From the NCBI GenBank assembly GCA_951406725.2, contig OX597823.1, positions 90,520,001 through 90,584,000 on the forward strand: a DNA stretch of 64,000 bases, in the 5' to 3' direction. This stretch comes from Octopus vulgaris (lineage: Eukaryota). Shown here piece after piece: positions 1-13,300 of the stretch (position 1 is the stretch's first letter; every line of letters starts with the position of its first letter). The notes under the pieces were generated by a model. That model did no database searches. It saw nothing but the letters and a program-made list of their open reading frames with translations, and had not been told where the DNA came from. The position numbers were made by a program, and so were the translations under genes.

Positions 1-554
1 GAAAGGAAAACAATGCAAAGACAGACATAGAAACACATACACACGTTTACACACTCACACACACACTCACAAACTCTCACATATACATCACAAACACACA
101 TGTACTGTCACGGATATGCAGACACACATTAACACATAGACATACAAATCCACACACCCAATACACATACACAGTTGTACGTCTGGCAGGACCTATCAGT
201 TACGAAGTAAACTCGTTAGCCATTTGGTTGTGTGGTGCCTCCTGGTTATTATCTCAAGACCCAACCTTAAAACATAACCCCAGGATTCCTGTGGTGACAT
301 TAGTTACCAAAACACAATATTCCTGCATCTGTATTTGGTTTAAACTGTTGACTGAGACGTTCCCATTTCAAGGAATTTGAGTCCTTAATGAACAAAACAC
401 CATGTGTTAATGAAACACAGTGTAGGGAATATTATTACAATCAGGTTTTGTATTCAAATGACACAGCATCATACATATAAATAGTGAGGCTTATTTAGAA
501 TAGAGAGAGAGAGAGATGTTCACAATATGTTGGCTGGTGATATATATATGTGTA

Positions 555-1175
555 GGGGTAGACATGGATGTGTGGTTGAGAAGTTTGCTTCCCAACAACA
601 TAGTTTCAAGTTCAGTTCCACTCCATGGCACCTTGGGCAAATGTCTTCTATTATAGCCCAAGGCTGACCAAAGCTTTGTTAGTGGATCTGGTAGATCGAA
701 ATTGTGTGGAAGCTTCTTGTATATGTATGTATGTATGTGTATATATATATGTATATATATATAGCTGAAGAATCAAAATTAATTTTAATCCTCCAGCTAT
801 TTAATGCTGTTGTGGTGGGGGCTGCAATTACCTATATTAGTGATTCTGTTATTATCATTTTTAAACTGTTACACTAGATAATAATAGTGTCAATAATATC
901 TTTGCAAATATTTTCTCCTGAATTATTTGCTCCATATTGAAATATATATATATATATATGGGTGTATGTGTGCTTGTGTTTTCGCTTGTCATTGTCACTC
1001 TCACTTGACAACCAGTGTTGGTTTGTTTGCATGTAACTAAGCACTTTAGCAAAAGAGACCAATAAATTCAGTACCAAACATAAAAGATAAGTAGTGGGGT
1101 TGATTTACTTGACTAAGGCCTTTCAAGGTGGTGCTCCAGTATGGTCACAATTCAGTTATTGAAACAATTAAAAAG
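555..1175 (+). mobile_element. tRNA-derived SINE (family B), interrupted copy
   Basis: Pol III A/B-box-like head (tgtgtggttgag...agttcagttcc), GCACCTTGGGCAA core and GGTGCTCCAGTATGG 3' block, all matching the copy at 23680-24095. Confidence 0.75.
761..800. repeat. 40-bp imperfect palindrome
   Basis: ATAGCTGAAGAATCAAAATT / AATTTTAATCCTCCAGCTAT: 17 of 20 positions complementary, no loop. Confidence 0.8.
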
Positions 1176-1429
1176 CATCCACTGTTTCCTTCATCAAACA
1201 TTTGACATCCATTTTCCCATGTTGGCATAAGTCAGATGATTTGATAGGATCCAATGGGCCCAAGGACAGCATCATACACCAACATCTACTTTGCCATGGT
1301 TTCTAGGGCTGAATGTCCTTCCAAATGCTGACCACTTTACAGCATGTATTGGGTGCATTTTCATGCCATCAACACTTGTCAGGCCACCATCCACTTTGCA
1401 CAACTATGAAACCCAAGAGAAGCAGATTT

Positions 1430-1881
1430 ATGTTAGATGATGAATGCCAATCTCTAACTGCAGAGGGACCCTGTGACAGAGGTAGACCCAGGAAGACATG
1501 GGATGAGGTGGTGAAGCATGATCTTTGGATGTTGGGCCTCATGGTGACCAATACCTTTGGCGATTTGCTGTGATTGAGGACTCATCAAGTCAAGTGAAGT
1601 CATAGTTATGGCTGATTCTGGTGTCACTACCTGGCATCCATGCAGGTGGCACATAAAAGAACCCATGCCAGTGGCACATAGAAGCACCAATACCAGTGGC
1701 ACATAAAAAGCACCCATTACACACTTGAAGTGGTTGGTATCAGGAAGGGCATCCAGCTGTAGAAACTAAGCCAAAACAGACTATGGAACAGACATGGTGT
1801 GGCTCTCCAGCCTTGCCAGCTCCTGTCAAACCATCCAACCCATGCCAGCAAGGAAAGCAGACGTTAAATGATGATGATGAG
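1430..1881 (+). mobile_element. 5'-truncated RTE-clade LINE (ORF C-terminus, 3'UTR and (ATG)n tail)
   Basis: Translation EGPCDRGRPRKTWDEVVKHDL is the typical RTE C-terminal GRP-K-W motif; followed by the window-wide 3'UTR ending ...CAACCCATGCCAGCA...TAAATGATGATGATGA. Confidence 0.8.
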
Positions 1882-1969
1882 ATAAACTATGAGAGAAGGG
1901 TTCAGAGAAGAACAGGTTTCTTGCTAAGGCAGGGCTACACGAACCCTGAAATTTTAGAAGAGAGGGTGT

Positions 1970-2295
1970 GAAGGCATGTGGCTAAAAGGTTAAAGCTTTT
2001 AGCTCACAGTCGTAAGGTTATAAGTTCAATTCTTGTCAGTGTCTTGTGTGCTTGAGCAAGATGATTTAATTCACATTGCTGCCATCCATTCAGCTGGCAA
2101 AAGGGAATAGCTTCTGTATGTGAAAGGGCCAACCTTGTCACAGTCTGTGTCATGCTGAATCTCCCTGAGAGCTGTGTTATGCGTAAGCATATCTGAGGAG
2201 TACTCAGCTACTTGCATGCAGATTTAATGAACAGGATGCTTCATTGATTGGATTAAATGGAACACTTGTCATCATAACTGATGAAGTGCCAGTAA
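1970..2295 (+). mobile_element. tRNA-derived SINE (family F)
   Basis: Head gaaggcatgtggc...agttcaattc and CTTGAGCAAGA core; related copies at about 30821-31135, 54095-54280 and 54765-54880. Confidence 0.65.
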
Positions 2296-2782
2296 AAAGA
2301 GAGGGTGAGAGGTGTGATCAGGGTGGAGCTGGGAAAGAGATAAAATAGGGGTGATAAGGGGTCTGTGTGGACCCTAAAAGCACGAGGTGATTAGAAAGGG
2401 ACGGGGCAGAAGAACTGGGAGTGTGGGCAGAGGGATTGTTGCATGTGATTTGTGGAAGATTTGACTATTATTTCTAGCTGGTCAAGTGAGACCAAATATA
2501 GACTCATCTGTTAAATCAAAGTGAAGCAGATTTTTATTTGGAAACAGAAGCAGAAGAATCTGTTGCATCTCCAAAGATCGGTGGATTCACTGATGGAGAT
2601 ATTTGATTGATCTGATTGAGTAACAAAGAAGCACGTATGTGATTCAAGTTTCATCTTTGTTAATCAATAAATATTATTGCATCTTAACAAATAAAAGTTT
2701 GTTCAACATACACACACACACATACACACATATATATATACATACACACAAACACACACGTATGCATATATATATATATATT

Positions 2783-3090
2783 CTGGCGGCATTGGCAATG
2801 ACCATGCTTGATTGCCAGTGCCATGGACTGGCTCCCGTGCCAGTAGCATGTAAAAAACACCTCTTGCGTGTGGTTGTTGCCAGGACTGCCTGACTGGACC
2901 TCATGCCCGTGGCACATAAAAAGCACCCACTACACTCTCAGAGTGGTTGGAGTTAGGAAGGGCATCCAGCTGTAGAAACTCTGCTGGATCAGATTGGAGC
3001 CTGGTGCAGCCTCTGGTTCACAAATCCTCAGTCAAACCATCCAATCTATGCCAGCATGGAAAGTGGATGTTAAACGATGATGATGATGAT
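2783..3090 (+). mobile_element. RTE 3'UTR-derived repeat (family A) with (ATG)n tail
   Basis: GTGCC..TGGCAC/AAAAGCACC units, then GGAAGGGCATCCAGCTGTAGAAAC and a TGATGA tail. Confidence 0.8.
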
Positions 3091-3149
3091 TTTATATATA
3101 TATATTGTATATAGGTGTGTATGTGTGTATGTGTGTGTATATATATACA

Positions 3150-3359
3150 CCTTTCTATTGTAAGCACAAGGCCTGAAATTTGAGTGAGGGGTAAGTTGAT
3201 TACATCAACGTCAGTACTCAACTGGTACTTAATTTATCGACTCTGAAAGGATGAGAAGTAAAGTCGACCTTGGTGGAATATGAACTCAGAATGTAGTGAT
3301 GGTTGAAGTACTGCTCAACATTTCATCCAGCATGCTAACGATTCTGTCAGCTCGCTGCC

Positions 3360-3362
<3 letters not shown>
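3150..3362 (-). mobile_element. tRNA-derived SINE (family C)
   Basis: Reverse complement reads GGCAGCGAGCTG...GAGTTCATATTCC...GGTCGACTTT..TCATCCTTTC..GTCGATAAATTAAGTACCAG; other copies at about 5950-6145, 11230-11402, 14965-15180, 16525-16745, 19060-19232, 19670-19885 and 43245-43430. Confidence 0.8.
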
Positions 3363-3427
<65 letters not shown>

Positions 3428-3724
3428 GTAGCGTAGGGTAGTTTTTCTACATGGCTAGTTCCTGTCATCTGTCCTACCTATGCATGCATGGAAAATGGGC
3501 ATGAAGCAATGATGATGATGATGATACTAACACACATACACACGCACACACACATGCACGCACGCACACACACATATATAAATATATATATATATATATA
3601 TGTGGTGTGAGTGTGTGTTTATATATATATATAGTTGGTATTTATAGAAAAACAAAAAAAACCAAGACAGGTGTATAGATAACAAACAGATGTATTAGTT
3701 TAGTAATCGAGAAGGTGAGACAGT

Positions 3725-3760
3725 CTTTTATGTTTCGAGCCTATGCTCTTCAACAGAAAG
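3725..3760 (-). ncRNA. Minimal hammerhead-like motif, variant core (CUGUUGA)
   Basis: Minus strand reads CTTT-CTGTTGA-A-GAGC(ATAG)GCTC-GAAA-CATA-AAAG; stems I and II pair, but core position A6 is substituted. Confidence 0.45.
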
Positions 3761-4597
3761 GAACATGAGGAAATAAACAGAGAGAGAATAAAAAAAGGCT
3801 TTTGGAGCTAGCAGTCAATCATGGCTGTAAGGAAAGAAGTTTGCTTCCCAGCCACATGGTTCAAGGTTCAGTTTTCACTGTATGACACCTATTACAGCCT
3901 TGGGCCTTATGAGTGGATTTGGTAGACAGAAACTGAAAGAAGCACATTGTATATACATGTGTGTGTGTGAGGGTGTTCAAAGACGGGCAAAACAAGAGAC
4001 ACTTTATTTACAAATCATGTAAAGGTTAGCAACAGGAAGAGCATCCAACTATCAAACAATACCTTAATGATACACTCATCTAATCCATACTGGCAAGGAA
4101 AAACAGATGTAAATCAGTTGACTGAATGTAGTTCACTATTTTAGTTGCTTCCATCAATGTTCTGGGTTCATATTATATCTGGGTCACTATTGACCTATGA
4201 GGACCAGTAAGATATGAAACCCTAAATAATACAGAACGGTTGAATGGTCAATATCAGAGCTCATTTCGCAAGATTTACCTTAAATTTTGGCAAAGGTAAA
4301 CAATATTTGAGAGAAATATAATTTTGCTAAAAATTGAAAAATATGTAAGGAAAACCATTCCATGGAAAAAGAAAAAGAAATTGATAATAAAAATTTGCTT
4401 TGCTTTTGTAAAAGAAAAAAAGTTTGCTTCAGTGAAAATAATGAAGCATAAGGAGAGAAATGAAGCGAAAGAACCATTTTGAAACTACTACTACTACAAC
4501 TACTACTACTACTACTAATAATAATAATGATGATGATGATGATGATGAAGATGATGATGATGATAATAATAATAATAATAAAAAGAAGAAGAAGTAG

Positions 4598-4965
4598 AAG
4601 AGCACTCACAGAATGCAAACCTCTGCCAAGACAACACCATGGTCTTCTCAAAGATTAACTGGAGATGATTTTTAAAATGAGAATGTCTGAATAAACTCGA
4701 CTGCTCTCACAAACGAGAATACTAAAAATGAACCTGACTGCTCTCAAAAATTAAGTTAAAAAAACTGGAAAAAAATAATCCAGAATCCTTGTCCAGTACT
4801 GGATCGATCCCAAAATCTAATCAGTTCGTGCCAGTCACGAGGCCAAACATCCTTGAATGTTTCATCTGAATCCATCCAGTGGTTCTTGAGATATCTTGTC
4901 CATGGACAAACAAACAAACAAATGTGACTGAAAATAATACCTCGGCCTTTGCTAAGGCAGAGGTA
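4598..4965. mobile_element. Non-autonomous DNA element resembling DINE-1/Helentron-associated (HINE-type) repeats
   Basis: Subterminal inverted repeat ACCTCTGCC (about 4619) ... GGCAGAGGT (about 4956), terminal hairpin ACCTCGGCCTT-tgct-AAGGCAGAGGT and an internal (CAAA)n tract. Confidence 0.5.
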
Positions 4966-4973
4966 GTAATAAC

Positions 4974-5005
<32 letters not shown>

Positions 5006-5045
5006 TAATAATTATAATAATAATAATAATGATAATGATAATAAT

Positions 5046-5200
5046 AAGACCTACCAAAAACTGAGCAAGTATAAAGATCTTGAAATAAAAATTAGCAAAA
5101 TGTGGAACCTGAAGGCTAAAACAATACCTGTTGTCATTGGTGCCCTAGAAATGATAGCAAAAGAGGCTGATTGTTACCTAGCTCAGATACCAGGAAACCC
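5046..5200 (+). mobile_element. R4/Dong-like RLE non-LTR retrotransposon C-terminal fragment
   Basis: Translation KTYQKLSKYKDLEIKISKMWNLKAKTIPVVIGALEMI matches the K..KY..L...PVVIGALG pattern of restriction-like endonuclease domains; abuts a (TAA)n tract. Confidence 0.8.
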
Positions 5201-5378
5201 CCACCATCGCTTGACAACTGATGTTGGGGTTCGGCAAAAGAGACCGATAGAATAAGTACCAGGCTTAAAAAGAATAAGTTCTGGGGTCGATTTGTTCGAC
5301 TAAAGGTGGTGCTCCAGCATGGCCACAGTCAAATGATTGAAACAAGGAAAAAGAATAAAAGAATTATAATAGTAACTG

Positions 5379-5909
5379 TGTTATATTTCTTTTCCTTAGT
5401 TAAGTAAAACCCAGCTCTGTTAATTAAACCTGCCCCCCCCCCCCCAACCGTAATCCCAATGGAGATATGAACTGTTTTGAATCAATAACAGATTCTTACT
5501 AATTGTGTCTCAGTTGAATGTCTTCAATTAACTGGAATCCCTCCGGACATTCCAGGAATGGGGAGTTGTTGTGAGACATCGATTGTTCCTTCCAAAGAAA
5601 TCTCTGTAGATTGTAATGTCAGATATATAGCGTTACCGTTATTAGTCTGGTGAACCGTTTAGGGTTTTTAGAATTTATAACACACACACACAAAAATAGA
5701 AATGATGGTTCTTACGTTTATGTCAAGGGAGTAATGATGTATACAGCAGGATCGGTGTTTTTGGGGGGTGGTCGTGGGGTTGGTGAGTTTTTGTGCTAGG
5801 TCTCAGAATAATGGCACATAGCACAGATTTCAACACGAACTTCTCTCGATACAATAAACATTTATACAACATAACTGGCTTCAGTAATTTTTAAAACAGA
5901 CCTATAACA
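5379..5909 (+). mobile_element. Probable solo LTR
   Basis: TGTTATA...TATAACA terminal inverted repeats, 531 bp, AATAAA at about 5853; flanks ACTG/ACCA fit a CpG-decayed 4-bp TSD (ACCG). Confidence 0.55.
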
Positions 5910-6202
5910 ACCAATAATAATAATAATAATAATAATAGTCATAATAATTTTTTCTACTCTAGGCACAAGTCCCAAAATTTTTGGGGAGAGGGCCAGTCGA
6001 TTAGAACGACCCCAGTATGCAACCGGTACTTAATTTATTGACCCTGAAAGGATGAAAGCCAAAGTTGACCGTGGCAGAATTTGAGCTTAGAATGCTGTAA
6101 AGAATTATGCCCAGTGTGCCAACAATTCTGCATGCTTTCTGCCTAAATATTACTACTACTACTACTACTACTACTACAACTAATAATAATAATAATAATA
6201 AT

Positions 6203-6480
6203 AATGCAAAATGTGTGGGAAGAAGGTCAAAAGTGTGACTCCTTGTTAGTGCTTGTGAAAGTCTTGCACTGAAAGGGTACAAACATAGACATGACAAGGT
6301 AACTAAAAACCTCCATTAGCTACAATCTAAAAAAAAAACATCTGAAAACCTTAGAAATACCCTACAATCTAGATGTATTGCAAAAGTTGGTATTACTTGG
6401 AACTGCACACATATTGTATAGAGAATTGTCTGTTCGAAGTCAAACCCTCGGTAGATACAATATCTTCAATCAATAACCTC
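6203..6480 (+). mobile_element. Internally deleted R4/Dong-like RLE retrotransposon remnant
   Basis: CKMCGKKVKSV..LVSACESLALKGYKHRHDKV (zinc knuckle plus RHD motif, one frameshift) joined to LQKLVLLGTAHIL; (TAA)n on both sides. Confidence 0.8.
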
Positions 6481-6521
6481 ATGATATAATAATAATAATA
6501 ATAATTATAATAATAATAATA

Positions 6522-7470
6522 AATGCCCTGATGCAGTACCAGGCAGTGGCTCTTGTGGCTCCTGATCTTAACTGATTGGAAGTGTTATCATGTACATTGT
6601 TTTGTCTTGGTATAAAAGATGGGCTACAGCAAATATTCTGCTCAATACCACAGATTTGTTTGTCAGTTGTTTGATCTTAACCAGTTGAGCATGTCCCTTA
6701 GTGGCTGACGATATGTGCATCTCTGATCACGAGCAGAAGTAGTGGGGGGGCATCATAGCCATGTGTTGAGAGGGATTCTTTGGAGTTTGAATAATTCACC
6801 TCTGGAGACATGGGTGGGTTTTTCAACATCCTTAAACAACCCTTATTCAGGGACCGTTTGAGCGGGATGGGCTACTCAACCTGAAGAAAATTCTAACTGG
6901 GCCCCACCTGCAAGGTCATGTGCAGTTTATCTTGATATGAGATCACCATGCTGCGCACATATGGTTGTGATGCATGTGCCTGGTGTGCTCTTATCAGACG
7001 GGTAGTCATGATGGGTATATTGGGCTTTGTATATTTTACCCCAGTGTCACTTTGATGGCATGAACTGCTCTCTCACTCAATAATAATAATAATAATAATA
7101 ATAAATGCCCTGATGCAGTACCAGGCAGTGGCTCTCGTGGCTCCTGATCTTAACTAATTGGAAGTGTTATCATGTATATTGTTTTGTCTTGGTATAAAAG
7201 ATGGGCTACAGTAAATATTCTGCTCAATACCACAGATTTGCTTGTCAGTTGTTTGACCTTAACCAGTTGAGCATGTCCCTTAGTGGCTGATGATATGTGC
7301 ATCTCTGATCACAAGCAGAAGTAGTGGGGGAGCATTATAGCCATATGTTGGGAGGGATTATTTGAAGTTTGAATAATTCACCTTTGGAAATGTAGGGGTT
7401 TCATTCATTATCCTTAAACAACTATTATTGAAGGACCATTTGAGTGGGAAGAGCTACCTGAAGAAAATTC
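6522..7470 (-). mobile_element. Two tandem copies of a (TAA)n-embedded non-autonomous element (6522-7080 and truncated 7103-7470)
   Basis: Near-identical direct copies starting AAATGCCCTGATGCAGTACCAGGCAGTGGCTC, each bounded by (TAA)n; orientation and Dong-like affinity are inferred. Confidence 0.65.
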
Positions 7471-8140
7471 AAGGACACAATGAGCCACCATAAAATAAGG
7501 GACATTCTTTTGTGACCCCTTTTTTAAAATCTATGTTAACCTGTTTGTGCAATAGCACATATATGTGTGTCTGTGTGTATGTGTCTGTGTGTGAGGGGAA
7601 AAAATGGGTCACCATGATATCACACACATTAATCAAAACAAAAACCACACTCCCCCCACCGTTCCTTAGGTCCCCCCCCCCCCCGACACCCAGACCAATT
7701 CCCACTGGAGGATCCAGGCAGGAGAGAGAGAGATGAAATCATCCAGTCCCCACCTCATATTTTATTTTGTATATTTTTATTTAATCAATTATCTTTCTTG
7801 GAGACTATATAAACATTATCCATCTGTATTTCTCATTCCACCCTCCCCCACCAAACCTTGATTCCTCGATCCCCACCTCAACCTGACCCCTCCCCCACCG
7901 AATCTCCTCCATTCTATCACAGACATATCCCCCACTTTCTCTCTCTCTTTCTCGTGCCCTACTCTCTCCCGTTCCTCATCTGTTCTGTTTGGGCCACCGC
8001 ACCTCCTCCATGTCTCAGTAATGTAGCAGTATTCCATCCTGCCGCCCCACCCCTCCATATCTCCACCAACCCCATCCCCCAAGCACTACTACATCACTAT
8101 CCACCACAATACACACAAAAAAAAACACAAGCACACACAT

Positions 8141-8177
<37 letters not shown>

Positions 8178-8192
8178 TTGTGCTGCTCCCTG

Positions 8193-8224
<32 letters not shown>

Positions 8225-9557
8225 GACGTTGGTGAGAGTGTTAGGGGCCACCCCCTTGCACTGAAATCCACACCCTTGACCCTGGGTCTTCTGCTCACCC
8301 CCACCTCTCTAATCCTCCAAAGCATACACTATCAAGGGGGGGGGGGTTCTCAAATTATGTGCACATCACTACCACCACCACTACCACTGTTATGACTATT
8401 AACACCCATACCCCCCCACCACCACCACCAATGTCATAACAAGGACAGCAACAACAACATCACCTAATCCCTCCCCTCCCGCTAACCATTGCAGTTAGTG
8501 TCTCTGTCACCATCAACATCACACCCACCACCACTACCATCATCACTACCAGCAGCAGTAGCAGCAGTAGCAGCAGCAGCAGCAGCAAGAGCTGTCCAGA
8601 ATCTGTTGCCTTTTGTTTTCTTAAATAATTTTTCCTAATCTCTCACCACTAACCCCCCCCACCCCAGCACCAGTTTCCCCCCTCTCCACCCCGCCATCCA
8701 CCCTAATGCTGTACATGTTTTATCTAGATTATTCTGTTTTAGTATACTAGCTTTGTGTTGAATTGCTATCTCTTACACTCTATTATACATACATATTTAT
8801 CTGTGTGTGTGTATGTGTGTGGGGACATTTCGTGTGTGTGTGTATTTATATATAAATACTCACACAAATGTATATAGAATACATACAAATATGAACATAC
8901 ACACGTGTGTGTGTGTGTGTGTGTGTATATGTAAATGTATGTGAATATAGCTATATGCATATTTTGTTCTCCATATGTATGTGTGTGTGTGTGTGTGTAT
9001 GTGTGTATACAAACATAAGGAAAAATTGTGTGTGTGTGTGTGTGTTAGGTGTGGTAAAGATCCCCCCACATGTTCTATGTGTGTTATGTAAACATATAAT
9101 GATGTCCTGTGTTAAGCCAAGATTGGATAACAGTCTCCAAGTTGAGTGAAGAGGGAGGAAGACGAAGAGGAGGTGGGGGAGAAGGAAACAACAATAAGCT
9201 TTCCAACCCCCCTTGCTCCCATACATCCTTCACTAACCCTCAACATTAATTAGAGGAGTGGGGGATTGAAGGAGGAAGAGGAAGGAGCACGCGCACGCAC
9301 ACACACAGAGCAGTGAGTGACTCACCATACATACATACATACATACATACATACATACATACAAGCATACTTACATACGTAGGAACTATAAAAATCTGTA
9401 AAACTTTGCAGAAGTTTATCATTTAAATATATATGAGCATGTCTAGATATGCAAGTATATGCATGAGATTACATACATGAAACATACAAATCTGTACATA
9501 TATACATACATACGTACATACACACACACACATACATACATACATACATACATACAT

Positions 9558-9765
9558 ACCCTGTTGTTGATGCTGAAATTCCAATGAAGGACTCTTTGAT
9601 CTAGGTTAGAAACCGATTGTTTCTCTTTTGGCAAGAAATCTTCAAATAAGCTGAATGAAAATGCCCTGTTGATGTTGAAATTCCAATGAAGGATCCTTGG
9701 ATCTAGGTTAGAAACCAGCTCTTTCTCTGTTGGCACGAAATCTCGAAATAAAACTGAATAATGAC
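9558..9765 (+). mobile_element. Tandem pair of short 3' ends of a (CATA)n-associated retroelement
   Basis: Two units of about 105 bp, CCCTGTTG..GAAATTCCAATGAAGGA..TTGGATCTAGGTTAGAAACC; a third copy lies at 29892-29990. Confidence 0.7.
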
Positions 9766-10374
9766 AAACATATATGTACATATGTGCATATATGTGTGTG
9801 TGTGTGTGTGGTTATGAAGCTTGCTTTGCAGCAAAGTGATTTCAGGTTCAGTTGTGGCTGTGTGGTTTAGAAGCTAGCTTCTCAATCACAGTTTCAAATT
9901 CAATCCCCTTGCACAGCACTTTGACAAGTGTTTTTTTACTATAGCTCTGGGCTGGATGGAAACAGAAATTATACAACAGAACTGTAATTTCAATCAAAAC
10001 TGATTCCAAAGACGTCAACAATAAAAAAAAATAAATAAAAGTAAAATTACAGAAAAACTGAATGTTTGGCATCTGGTTTCCAATTTTGTTGTTGTTCTGA
10101 GTCTTATTGGTAACCCTAACTCCTAAATCCTGTATGGAACATATATAGATTTTATGGGGTCATGTTAAATTTAGATGACCCCATAAAATAAGATTAAATG
10201 AAGTGATTATTTCATTTTTTTTCTCAGTTAAACAATTATAATTAATATTTTGATTGACGATGATAAACAAAAATTATGTGCCAGGTTTCTGAATGGTTTC
10301 ACACAGGCACATAGTCAGCACATAGCTAGGGAGATTGATGGAAATACACGGACAGACCACCATACGGATAAATA

Positions 10375-10881
10375 TCTATATATATAAAACTCGAGTTGTG
10401 TGAGTGTCTGTCCCCTTCGATTTAGATTCCTAACTCCTCCCACATTTTGCGGTGCAGTTTAACCAAATTCGGGTATCTTATAGTCGTGATTCATATCGAG
10501 CCCGTCTGACTATTAGCGCGCGTCAACGATGAGTCTACGATTTTAAAAATAATTTAACATCATTTTTTTATTCCATTTTAATGCATAAAATGCATCGTGT
10601 GTCGATGGCGGCGGAGTTGGCGTCCATGCTGACAGCTGCACCTGTTTGCTTCTCCCCCTTCCCTCCCTCGTGAAGCTGTGGGGAAGGGAGTGTAAAGAAA
10701 TCAACGTCGTAATGCGTTGTGAAGGAAACCAGCGTTCTTTTAGAACAACGACTTCATGGCTTGAAGACACCAAAACAAAAATGGCTAAGAAAGCCCGAAT
10801 TTATAAGGGAAGTAACTCTCTAAAAATTCTTATATAGTTATTTCCCTTACAAACCCGAGCAACACCGGGCGATACTGCTAG
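10375..10881 (+). mobile_element. Non-autonomous Helitron
   Basis: A|TC 5' end, subterminal GC-rich hairpin CCCGAGCAACACCGGG, 3' CTAG|T; related copy at 52897-53273. Confidence 0.8.
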
Positions 10882-10952
10882 TTAAATATAAATGTATATA
10901 TATATTCTCACATACACACATGCATGTATTCATGCATGTGTGTGTGTGTGTG

Positions 10953-11151
10953 TGTATATGTGTGTACATAGATATGTAAATATGCTTGCATACAATTATA
11001 CATACAGACACATATAATCCTCATCATCATCATCATCACGGATGTTAAAGAATGATGGTGGTGGTGATGATGCTGATGATGATATATATCTATATGTGTC
11101 TGTATGTATAATTGTATACAAGCATACTTACATATCTGTACACACATATAC
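10953..11151. repeat. Long inverted repeat (arms of about 60 bp)
   Basis: 10953-11013 is the reverse complement of 11093-11151 with 2 substitutions and a 2-nt indel; inner (TCA)n/(TGA)n tracts extend the pairing. Confidence 0.85.
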
Positions 11152-11460
11152 ATACATGCATATATATATATAAAACCAGAAAGATAAAATACAAAATATA
11201 AAATATAAAACCATGCATATATATATAAAATCTGCCGTTACGTTCAGAGTTCGAATTCCGTCGAGGTCGACTTTACCTTTCATCCTTTCGGGGTCGATAA
11301 ATTAAGTACCAGTTACGCACTGGGGTCCATGTAATCGACTTAATCCCTTTGTCTGCCCTTGTTTGTGCCCTCTATGTTTAGCCCCTTGTGGGCAATAAAG
11401 AAATATATATATATAAAATCATATTATATATATGCATATTAAGAAGGGAAAAATACACTC

Positions 11461-11493
<33 letters not shown>

Positions 11494-12412
11494 ACCCCTG
11501 CCAGCATGGAAAACGGACGTTAAACGATGATGATGATGATGATGATGATGTATATATATAATCCAAAAAATATCTTCATGATTCCCTCCTTTATTTCTGC
11601 TGTAGTTTATTTCTTCTCCATACTTTGAGATAACATTACATCTTTATCTTTATACCAAAAGAGATAAAACAAACCAAACAGAAACCTCCTTTCTCTGGTG
11701 CTTCGGATCAAACTCATTTTTAGGGGACATCTCAATTCCCTTCCCCCACCTATCTTTATCTCCCTCTTTCCTCCCCCCCACCCGCCGCCTCCCCATATCT
11801 CTCATTTCTTTTCAAAAACATCAAGGATTTGGCTTATCAGAAAATCTAATTATGTTTGGCTTCAATGCTTCTCTACCCTTCTATATCCTTCTTTTTTTAT
11901 ATGCCCTACCCCCCACCCCGTAACCGTCTTTTGCATACTCCCCACCCACCCATATTCTTGTGTCTCATTCAAGTAAAACTCTCTAGAATCTTCTATCTGA
12001 TGTTGTTGCTCATTGTTTTTTTCTCTTTCCAACAACTAAAAACTAGCTAACCAACAACCATCAGAACCAATCAAGCATGAACAACGAGAAATTTTTTTTT
12101 ATTAATTTTATTTTATTTCTATTTTATTTTTCGTGTCACGTGATGTGGTTCCGCTTATGATTTGCTGATTGAGATATGTCATAAGTAAATCCCAGTAGCA
12201 AACAGACATCATCACAAAACTATCTCCGCTAGATTATCTAGCCTACAATGTCTTAAGTTACTTCCTGCATGAGAAAGTTGGCCACCACCACCACCACCAC
12301 CACCATCCCTGACCCATCATTACCATATCCTCTTCCTCCTATGTCTGGGCTCTCTGTATATGGGTGTGCATATGTACGCATGTATGTATGTATGTATGTG
12401 TGTATGTATGTA

Positions 12413-12459
<47 letters not shown>

Positions 12460-12705
12460 TTGCTATTGTTCAAAAGTGTCATAAGTTCAAACATTGCTTT
12501 TCAAGGAAATGAAAAAATAGTTTCACCATTCCATAGCAAAACCACCGTATTACACTTTGACAGTTTTTAATATCTTAGCATCTGAAGCTGGAGAAAAGAT
12601 TGTTTGACCAAAAGAACTGGCTATTGCAAGCAAAAATAAATATTTAAAAAATACGTATTTGGCTAAATTTGGATATGCGACAGTTTAACATAATAACAAC
12701 AATAC

Positions 12706-12742
<37 letters not shown>

Positions 12743-13300
12743 TATATACATGCATAAACACACACACACACATATATACATGCATAAACACACACACACA
12801 CATATTTTTATATATATGAGACAAAAACAGATAACAAAACCAAGGCTGTGAGGAGTTTTGGCTTTGTTGTCTGCTTTTGTCCATTATATATATATATCCT
12901 TGCTAATACAGGACCCACATTAAACTCCTCACTTATATCATGATCAAACCCAGAGGTTAACTATGGTCTGTCCTTAGCATTTATTTACAATTACCTGCCA
13001 CTCTTTGGGTCTTCTAGATACCAATACCTTTTATATATATATATATATATATAGGCAGGTTTATATATGTAGATGTACAAGTGAGAGTCTCCTTACTTAC
13101 CTAAAACTCTATTTTTCTATTTATTCTTTTATTCTTTTATTTATTCTTTTATTTATTCTTTTATCTACTTTACCACCGATTCCTTTGACCACTCCCCTAA
13201 TAATGACAGTTTTGCGCCATGCCTACCCCCAAAAAGTCCCCCACCACCACCCATTTAAACCTGCCTAAATGTATAAATGCCAAAACAACTCTTGTCTACT

